From assembly GCA_002269645.1 (NCBI GenBank), contig NIVC01001188.1, positions 1 through 64,000 on the forward strand: a stretch of 64,000 bases of DNA. Reading direction: 5' to 3'. Position 1 is the first letter of the stretch, and each line of letters begins with the position of its first letter. Shown here piece by piece: positions 23,458 to 64,000 of this stretch. The position numbers and the translations under genes were made by a program. The notes beneath the pieces are model-generated. The model worked only from the letters and a program-made list of their open reading frames with translations. It was not told the DNA's origin and did not search any database. The stretch comes from Macrostomum lignano (Eukaryota).

Positions 23458-23995
23458 TTGGCTGGTTCTGAGTCATCCCAACATACCCTTCAGTTTCTGA
23501 TTGGCTGGTTCTGAGTCACCCCGTATACCCTTCGGCTTCTAATTGGCTGGTTCTGAGTCACCCGTATACCCTTCAGTTTCTGATTGGCTGGTTCTGAGTC
23601 ACCCCGTATACCCTTCGGCTTCTGATTGGCTGGTTCTGAGTCACCCGTATACCCTTCGGCTTCTGATTGGCTGGTTCTGAGTCACCCCAACATACCCTTC
23701 AGTTTCTGATTGGCTGGTTCTGAGTCACCCGTATACCCTTCAGTTTCTGATTGGCTGGTTCTGAGTCACCCCACATACCCTTCGGCTTCTGATTGGCTGG
23801 TTCTGAGTCACCCGTATACCCTTCGGCTTCTGATTGGCTGGTTCTGAGTCACCCCACATACCATTCGACTTCTGATTGGCTGGTTCTGAGTCACCCGTAT
23901 ACCCTTTGGCTTCTGATTGGCTGGTTCTGAGCCACCCACCCCTTCGGCTTCTGATTGGCTGGTTCTAAGCCACCCACCCCTAATTGGCTGGTTTC
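23449..23995 (+). repeat. ~41-42-bp minisatellite (CTTCTGATTGGCTGGTTCTGAGTCACCCGTATACCCTTCGG) overlapping the NCX stop codon
   Basis: About 13-14 copies. The first unit begins in the last codons GGC TTC TGA. Confidence 0.93.
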
Positions 23996-24384
23996 ACTGT
24001 TTTCTATGGCACCCCTACGATTCCTAATTATTTTTAGCAGCTTCCGAATTAGGGACAAAAATTAGATTTTGTAGCCTTTGTTGAATTCAAAGCAAAACCT
24101 CCTTTTGATTGCTCCCTCTCCTGCCCTCCAGACACGGGAATAACCCTGCTACTCGATACGAAAATTGGCGCCTCAGATGTACTTTAACAAAACTAGACAA
24201 GGATTTGCTTTATTTACAGTACAATTTCAGTGAAACAGTCGCACCATACTACTGACAAAATCGTTTTCTTATAGCTCGTAACTGTTGGTTTGCTCCATGT
24301 CATCCGTGACTGAAGTCTCTCGCTTAGACAAATTTTATCCTAGCAGTAGATACCCATGCGATAAACTAGTTCGTTCTCTACGCG

Positions 24385-24390
24385 AATAAA
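24385..24390 (+). terminator. Candidate polyadenylation signal for NCX
   Basis: AATAAA followed by a T/GT-rich tract (24420-24480), ~930 nt after the stop. Positional inference only. Confidence 0.35.
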
Positions 24391-24994
24391 ACTATTACTA
24401 TACTATGAGTAGCTAATACAGATTTTTCTTTCCGCTTTTTATCGTGTGTTTGATTTATTTATTTTTGTTTTTGTTTTAACTACTCGCAGTAATTTTTAGC
24501 AGCTGCCAGCACGTACAGGTACCGGAGTGAACTAAGAGTGACCTTCCCTAACACTAGAGAAGCCTGCACCACCCCATCATCTGCTACTCGCAGCTCATTC
24601 TCCACTTCTGTTTGAACTCAGACCGACATGCCGCTCCGACTCGCCTGTTGTACATGCCCTGCCTTGGCCTTATTTGCCTCAAGGTTCACTTCTGTTTGTT
24701 TTTTTAACTCTCCCTCCCTTAATCCGATCCCTAATTAATTATTTACTAGTTTTTGAATTACTGATTAAAACAAATATAATGCAGATGACAAGCCAGGCTG
24801 GCCGATTTGCGGCAGACATAATCAATCTTGTTGAAAACATGCGGAATCATCTCTACAGACTTGTCACGTAGCTTTAATGTGCTCAACATCATGGCGTTTT
24901 CAGAATTCTTGGATCTGTCTGCTTCTGGACTTTTATGGCAACTTGAGGAGCTTAGAGAATTCAACTTTACAAAATTTGGAGGGTTCGGCGAAGT

Positions 24995-26270
24995 GGGGAC
25001 ATCTGGGGAAGTCGGGGAATTCGGGGGAAGTTGGGGAATTCAGGGGAAGTTGGGGAATTCAGGGGAAGTTGGGGAATTCGGAGGAAGTTGGGGAATTCGG
25101 GGGAAGTTGGGAAATTCGGAGGAAGTTGGGGAATTCGGGGGAAGTGGGGAAATCCGGGGAAGTTGGGGAATTCGGGGGAAGTTGGGGAATTCAGGGGAAG
25201 TTGGGGAATTCGGAGGAAGTTGGGGAATTCGGGGGAGTTGGGGAATTCGGAGGAAGTTGGGGAATTCGGGGGAGTTAAAGAATTCAGTGGAGTTGGGGAA
25301 TTCAGGGGAGATGGGGAATTCAGGGGAGTTGGGGAATTCAGGGGAGTTGGGGAATTCGGGGGAGTTAAATAATTCAGTGGAGTTGGGGAATTCAGGGGAG
25401 ATGGGGAATTCAGGGGAGTTGGGGAATTCAGGGGAGATGGGGAATTCAGGGGAGTTGGGGAATTCAGGGGAGTTAGGGAATTCGGGGGAGTTAAAGAATT
25501 CAGTGGAGTTGGGGAATTCAGGGGAGATGGGGAATTCAGGGGAGTTGGGGAATTCAGGGGAGTTGGGGAATTCGGGGGAGTTGGGGAATTCAGGGGAGTT
25601 AGGGAATTCAGGGGAGTTGGGGAATTCAGGGGAGATGGGGAATTCAGGGGAGTTGGGGAATTCAGGGGAGTTGGGGAATTCGGGGGAGTTGGGGAATTCA
25701 GGGGAGTTGGGGAATTTAGTGGAGTTGGGGAATTCAGGGGAGTTGGGGAATTCAGTTGAGTTGGGGAATTCAGTGGAGTTGGGGAATTCAGGGGAGTTGG
25801 GGAATTCGGGGGAGTTGGGGAATTCAGGGGAGTTGGGGAATTCAGGGGAGTTGGGGAATTCAGGGGAGATGGGGAATTCAGTGGAGTTGAGGAATTCAGG
25901 GGAGTTGGGGAATTCAGGGGAGTTGGGGAATTCAGGGGAGTTGAGGAATTCGGGGGAGTTGGGGAATTCAGGGGAGTTAGGGAATTCAGGGGAGTTGGGG
26001 AATTCAGGGGAATTGGGGAATTCAGGGGAGTTGGGGAATTCGGGGGAGTTGGGGAATTCAGGGGAGTTTGGGAATTCAGGGGAGTTGGGGAATTCGGGGG
26101 AGTTGGGGAATTCAGGGGAAGTTGGGGAATTCAGGGGAAGTTAGGGAATTTAGGGGGAAGTTGGGGAATTCAGGGGGAGTTGGGGAATTCAGGGGGAAGT
26201 TGGGGAATTCAGGGGGAGTTAGGGAATTCAGGGGGAGTTGGGGAATTCGGGGAAGTTGGGGAAAATCTGG
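24995..26270 (+). repeat. 18-bp G-rich minisatellite GGGGAATTCAGGGGAGTT between the convergent NCX and CNB genes
   Basis: About 65-70 copies. Produces the LGNSGE ORF. Confidence 0.95.
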
Positions 26271-26364
26271 GAAAATTTTTCACAGATTGGAAAACTTGTC
26301 CAGCTGTGTCCGGCACGCGGACGCCGAACAGCCGCCGCCTCGCACAGGCGTCCCGAAGCCTCGA

Positions 26365-29300
26365 TCAGTTCAGCCGGATGTCGTGCACCCGCGCGAACTG
26401 GTCGCCAGACAGCAGGCTGCGGATCACGCAGCCCGGATCTCGCCTGCTGTACCGGATGAACAGCTCAGCGTCCAGCAGCACCACCTCGGAGATCTCCAGG
26501 GCCCTGGCCTGGATCACCAGGCCCGGCAGCACCAGGCTGCTGTACTGCTGCCCAAGCCGACCGCCCCTGCCCAGCTGCTGGCCCAGGCACAGGATGTGGC
26601 TGTAGAAATTCTTGAAGCCGAACACGCTGCCGTCGCTCAGGTTCACCTTCGCCTCTGTGATCTTCCCGCCCGCGCCGCGCTTGTAGTACCTGATCTGCCG
26701 GGGGAGGGGAGAGGCTCAGCCTGCCGTCCCTCTGCCTTCCCCTCCCTCTTCTCTGCCTTCCCCTCCCTCTCCTCTGCCTTCCCCTCCTCTCCTCTGCCTT
26801 CCCCTCCCTCTCCTCTGCCTTCCCTACCTCTCCTCTGCCTTTCCCTCCCCTCCTCTGCCTTCCCCTCCCTCTCCTCTGCCTTCCCCTCCCTCTCCTCTGC
26901 CTTCCCCTCCCTCTCCTCTGCCTTCCCCTCCCTCTCCTCTGCCTTCCCCTCCCTCCCCTCTGCCTTCCCCTCCCCCTCCTCTGCCTTCCCCTCCCTCCCC
27001 TCTGCCTTCCCCTTCCCCTCCTCTGCCTTCCCCTCCCTCTCCTCTGCCTTCCTCTCCCCCTTCTCTGCCTTTCCCTCCCTCTCCTCTGCCTTCCCCTCCC
27101 TCCCCTCTGTCTTTCACTTCCTCCTCTGTTGTCTTTCCCCCCTTTCCCTCTGCCTTCCCCTCCTTCTCTCTCACCCCAATTGTTCCAATACCTCTCCCGC
27201 TCTACCCCAGCTCACGCCATCATGTCCCTCTGCCTCATCCCCAGTCTCCAGGCGCCAGTCCCGGCCGCACCTGCAGCGAGCCCTTCTCAATCATGACCAG
27301 CGCCCCGGGGTCCTGGCTCTGCCGCAGCAGCACCTCCTTCTTGACCACCAGCCGCCTGACGATGGCGTGCGCGGCGTTGTACTTCTCCAGCAGGGTCATC
27401 TCGTCGTACAGACTGCTGCGGACAATGTGCCACGTCTTGGGCAGGTGGGCCAGCCTCAGCAGCACCGCCATCTTGTGCTCCATGCCGCAGGTGAGGCTCC
27501 GGATCATGGCGTGATAATCCTGCCGCTTCAGCTCGTACAGAATGCAGTCCGTGACCGCGCGGACCGTCACGGGCGACACGATGCCGGCCGAGCTCAGGCA
27601 CTCCACCCCGATGACGCAGTCGTCTCGGAACTCGGTCAGGCGCACCGCTCTCGCTGGGTCCAGCGGGTCCGCATCGGGTACTCGCTGGCTGGTGCCTGCG
27701 GTAGCCGGGCGGGTGAAGGGGCGGTTGAAAAGTCGGTTCAAGGGGTTGTTAAAGGGGCGGTTGATGGGGCGGTTGAAGAGGGGGTTGAAGGATCGGTTGA
27801 AGGGGCGGTTGAAGGGCGGTTGAAGGGCGGTTGAAGGGGTTGTTGAATGGGCGATTGAAATGTCGGTTAAAAGGGGCGGTTGAAGGAGCGGTTGAAGGGG
27901 TTGTTAAAGGGGCGATTGAAATGTCGGTTAAAAGGGGCGGTTGAAGGAGCGGTTAAAGGGGCGGTTGATGGGGCGGTTGAAGAGGGGGTTGAAGGGGTAG
28001 TTAAAGGGGCGGTTGAAGGGGCGGTTGAAGGGGCTGTTAAAGGGGCGGTTGAAGGGCGGTTGAAGGGGTTGTTGAATGGGCGATTGAAATGTCGGTTAAA
28101 AGGGACGGTTGAAGGGGCGGTTGAAGAGGCTGTTAAAGGGGCGGTTGAAGGGCGGTTGAAGGGGTTGTTGAAGGGGCGATTGAAGGGTCGGTTAAAAAGG
28201 GCGGTTGAAGGGGCGGTTGAAAGGGCGGTTGAAGGGTCGGTTAAAAGGGGCGGTTGAAAGGTTTGTTGAATGGGCGATTGAAATGTCGGTTAAAAGGGAC
28301 GGTTGAAGGGGCGGTTGAAGGGGTTGTTAAAGGGGCGATTGAAATGTCGGTTAAAAGGGGCGGTTGAAGGAGCGATTGAAGGGGCGGTTGATGGGGCGGT
28401 TGAAGAGGGGGTTGAAGGATCGGTTGAAGGGGTTGTTAAAGGGGCGGTTGAAGGGCGGTTGAATGGTTGTTAAAGGGGCGATTGAAATGTCGGTTAAAAG
28501 GGGCGGTTGAAGGAGCGGTTGAAGGGGCGGTTGATGGGGCGGTTGAAGAGGGGGTTGAAGGGGTAGTTAAAGGGGCGGTTGAAGGGCGGTTGAAGGGGTT
28601 GTTAAAGAGGCGGTTGATGGGGCGGTTGAAGGGGCGATTGAAGGGCGGTTGAAGGGGCGGTTGAAGGGCGGTTGAAGGGGTTGTTAAAGGGGCGGTTGAA
28701 GGGCGGTTGAAGGGGTTGTTAAAGAGGCGGTTGATGGGGCGGTTGAAGGGGCGATTGAAGGGTCGGTTAAAAGGGGCGGTTGAAGGGCGGTTGAAGGGGC
28801 GGTTGAAGGGGCGGTTGATGGGGCGGTTGAAGAGGGGGTTGAAATGATCGGTTGAAGGGGTTGTTAAAGGGGCGGTTGAAGGGCGGTTGAAGGGGTTGTT
28901 AAAGGGGCGATTGAAATGTCGGTTAAAAGGGGCGGTTGAAGGAGCGGTTGAAGGGGCGGTTGATGGGGCGGTTGAAGAGGGGGTTGAAGGGGTAGTTAAA
29001 GGGGTGGTTGAAGGGCGGTTGAAGGGGTTGTTAAAGAGGCGGTTGATGGGGCGGTTGAAGGGGCGATTGAAGGGTCGGTTAAAAGGGGCGGTTGAAGGGC
29101 GGTTGAAGGGGCGGTTAAAAGGGGCGGTTGAAGGGCGGTTGAAGGGGCGGTTGAAGGGCGGTTTAAGGGGCGGTTGAAGGGGCGGTTGAAGGGGCGGTTG
29201 AAGGGCGGTTGAAGGGGCGGTTGAAGGGCGGTTTAAGGGGCGGTTGAAGGGGCGGTTGAAGGGGCGGTTGAAGGGCGGTTTAAGGGGCGGTTGAAGGGGC

Positions 29301-29734
29301 GGTTGAAGGGGCGGTTGAAGGGCGGTTTAAGGGGCGGTTGAAAGGGGCAGTCAAAAGGGGCGGATGAAGAGACGCATGAAATGAGAATGAAGGGAAGATG
29401 AAAGGAAAGATGAAGGGGCTGAAGGGGAGGATGAATGGGCGGATAGGCGGATGAAGGGCAGACAGAAGGCGCAGCCAGGTGACGGCCTACCAGCCAGAGC
29501 CAGCACCTCTAGCTGGCCGTTGATGAGCACAAACATTGAGTCCATGGGGCAGCCGCTGCACAGCAGCAGGCAGTGCGCAGGCAGCCGCCGCTTCACGAAG
29601 CTGTGCTTCACCAGGCAGCACTTGGCGTAGCAGTCCAGGTGGCAGGTCATCGGCAGCCTGTCAATCACTCCAAACAGCAGCAGGAACTCCTTCAGGGCGT
29701 CCTGGTGGGTGCAGTCGATGAGCCGGCTCTCCAT
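26365..29734 (-). CDS. Tandem cyclic-nucleotide-binding (CAP/CNB-like) domain protein, 332 aa; exons 29734-29491, 27695-27271, 26694-26365
   Basis: ATG at 29734. Splices GCT G|gtagg..ccgcag|GC, CAG|gtgcgg..ggcag|ATC; TGA at 26367-26365; 244+425+330=999 nt with matching phases. Domain A: LLLCSGCPMDSMFVLINGQLEV..VIGVECL..VTVRAVTDCILYELKRQDY. Domain B: VLLRQSQDPGALVMIEKGSLQ..LSDGSVFG..ARALEISEVVLLDAELF. Both follow the CNB beta-barrel pattern (IIRQGD.GD.FYVI..G.V.V...FGE..R.ATV.A...C.L..L.R..F). Additional 5' exons cannot be excluded. Confidence 0.78.
26715..27170 (+). repeat. 21-bp polypyrimidine minisatellite CTCTGCCTTCCCCTCCCTCTC filling CNB intron 2
   Basis: Direct inspection. Confidence 0.93.
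27710..29350 (+). repeat. 11/12-bp minisatellite (G)GGGCGGTTGAA filling CNB intron 1
   Basis: More than 100 variant copies with recurring sub-blocks (e.g. GGGCGATTGAAATGTCGGTTAAAAGGG). Confidence 0.94.
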
Positions 29735-29979
29735 TGCCGGCTAGCTAATCTGATCTCAAACTTTTTCGACCGAATTCGTTTAGAAGCCGGAAAGAATTTC
29801 AGATTGCAAAAAAATCGAGCAAAAAGCAGCAATGAAGCCGGCGCACTGACTGCCATAGACACTCGGGTAGCCGCATCCCACTCAGCGCTTTTTATGACCT
29901 TCAGAGGAAACGCTTAAATTCAGATGCTATTTTTAGAACTGCATGCTTCATCACTGAGACTGCGGCTATGAACTGTCTT

Positions 29980-30700
29980 CTAGTCTGACAGGTTAGCAAT
30001 CTGACAGTCTGACAATTTGGCAATATGACTGTCTGACAACCTGTCTGACCATTTGACAACCTGTCTGACCATTTGACAACCTGTCTGACCATTTGACAAC
30101 CTGTCTGACCATTTGACAACCTGTCTGACCATTTGACAACCTGTCTGACCATTTGACAACCTGTCTGACCATTTGACAACCTGTCTGACCATTTGACAAC
30201 CTGTCTGACCATTTGACAACCTGTCTGACCATTTGACAACCTGTCTGACCATTTGACAACCTGTCTGACCATTTGACAACCTGTCTGACCATTTGACAAC
30301 CTGTCTGACCATTTGACAACCTGTCTGACCATTTGACAACCTGTTTGACCATTTGACAACCTGACCATCCGACAACCTGACAACCTATCTGATAACTGAC
30401 AACCTATCTGATAACTGACAACCTATCTGATAACTGACAACCTATCTGACTATTTGACAATCTATCTGACCATTTGACAACCTGACCATCCGAAAATCTG
30501 ACATCTGACAACCTGACCATCCGAAAATCTGACATCTGACAACCTGACCATCCGAAAATCTGACATCTGACAACCTGACCATCCGAAAATCTGACATCTG
30601 ACAACCTGACCATCCGAAAATCTGACATCTGACAACCTGACCATCCGAAAATCTGACATCTGACAACCTGACCATCCGAAAATCTGACATCTGACAACCT
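29980..30700 (+). repeat. Compound array: 20-bp CTGTCTGACCATTTGACAAC, then 31-bp CCTGACCATCCGAAAATCTGACATCTGACAA
   Basis: Periods read directly (30061/30081; 30481/30512). Confidence 0.94.
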
Positions 30701-31194
30701 GAAAACCTGGTTTTATACGAGAAGAAACAAAATCGAACTGACAGCAGAAAATTTAAAGCGAGATTTCCGGCTCAGTGATTTGAGGAATCAACCCGGTGCT
30801 GTGGAGTCCAACTGATCAGTTAATAACCGCACATTAAATGGAGTTGAGCTATTGACCCCTCAAATCGCAATGTATTTACGAGTTTCGCCGTTAAATTAAA
30901 ATTGTGAAATGAAATTGAGAAGCTGCAAAGTGATGAAGCGCGTTACTTAATCTGATGCCGATTCAGGCTCGCGGGCTCTTTGTACAGAAAAAGAGATTTT
31001 GCTCAGCTAAAGAAAATTTTATTGTTTATGTGAAACAGATTAACAAAATTTTAAATGACAAGCGGGGCGAGTACCAGGATTAGTAAAATAGATTTTAATA
31101 TGGAACAGGCGCAAAAATGATGAGGTTGTGCCTGGGTCAGCACTTCCGTGACTTTGTCCAGCTTCTCCAGGTGGAATCAATTTTCCATTTTCAC

Positions 31195-31715
31195 CATTTT
31201 TGATTCACTAATTCACCATCTTCGATTCACTAATTCACCATCTTCGATTCACTCATTCATTAGCTTCGATTCACTAATTCACCATCTTTGATTCACTCAT
31301 TCATCAGCTTCGATTCACTCATTCACCATCTTCGATTCACTCATTCACCATCTTCGATTCACTGATTCACCATATGCGATCCACTCATTCACCATCTTCG
31401 ATCCACTAATTCACCATCTTTGATTCACTCATTCACCATCTTCGATTCACTCATTCACCATCTTCGATTCACTCATTCACCATCTTTGATTCACTCATTC
31501 ACCATCTTTGATTCACTCATTCACCATCTTCGATTCACTGATTCACCATATGCGATCCACTCATTCACCATCTTCGATCCACTCATTCACCATATGCGAT
31601 CCACTCATTCGCCATCTTCGATCCACTCATTCACCATATGCGATTCACTCATTCACAATTTTCGATTCATTCATTCACCATATGCGATTCACTCGTTCAC
31701 CATTTTCGATTCACC
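31195..31715 (+). repeat. 22-bp minisatellite GATTCACTCATTCACCATCTTC
   Basis: Direct inspection. Confidence 0.92.
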
Positions 31716-32045
31716 AAATTGAATTTGTTTCTTTCACCAACTCGCCCACTCACGAACTCCAATCATTCCATTCACCAAGCAGGAATAACAATACAAAAAA
31801 TATCAGATCACAATGAGCCTACAAAAGGATTCGGAGAGATTTCCAGTCCCGTTGCCAGTTAGACAACAGTGAAAAACGAGCAATCAGTAAAACAAATTTA
31901 ACGGAAACCTCGTGAAGGCGGGAGGCTGGGCGCGGGTCTGAGTGAGTATTCAATTATTTTGCAGCTCCATCCTGGCGCCCTGCTCAGCTGTTGCTCGCCA
32001 GAGCAATACTGAGTTTCTATGCAAACTTTCATTTCCTTGACAGCC

Positions 32046-63859
<31,814 letters not shown>

Positions 63860-64000
63860 CTGGAATGGACGGCGGGGGCGGGCGATGCACGCGAAGCAGG
63901 AAATCCAGAAGACCCTAAAGGTTTCCAGGATTTTTTTTTAGAGGCAGGGGGGTTGTGTGCACCCTGGCGCACTTTAAGCGACATAGGCACACAACCGGCG

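Noticed and set aside
24828-26144. 438-aa ORF with LGNSGE repeats
   Set aside because: It is a translation of the 18-bp minisatellite; the AT-rich N-terminus shows no recognisable domain or exon context.
26068-27834. 588-aa plus-strand ORF
   Set aside because: Chimera of repeat translations and the antisense shadow of the CNB exons.

Overview
Eukaryotic (animal) genomic DNA. GC3-rich exons are separated by introns and intergenic spacers packed with many different tandem repeats. This style suggests a flatworm such as Macrostomum, which is an inference, not a database result. Four spliced protein genes can be assembled with GT-AG boundaries. (1) A Cdc20/fizzy APC/C activator (+, 1883-3796), 5'-incomplete, with several 1-nt frameshifts that look like homopolymer consensus errors. 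(2) A complete 8-exon Na+/Ca2+ exchanger (NCX/SLC8, +, 10712-23457, 899 aa). (3) A 3-exon, 332-aa orphan made of two degenerate cyclic-nucleotide-binding domains (-, 29734-26365). (4) A stomatin/MEC-2-like gene (-, 63859-32046; 7 exons seen, first exon beyond the window). The last stomatin intron holds an intact 4560-bp Ty3/Gypsy (Mag-like) LTR retrotransposon with identical 222-bp LTRs and a GATCT target-site duplication, inserted into a 14-bp satellite. About 30 distinct mini/microsatellite arrays make up over half the window and explain nearly all the long low-complexity ORFs. No CRISPR, rRNA or tRNA genes were seen. The most notable unexplained patterns are the tandem degenerate-CNB gene, arrays that abut and copy splice-junction sequence, a fold-back pair of inverted arrays, a shared CATCTGA core across distant arrays, and candidate NCX cassette exons.
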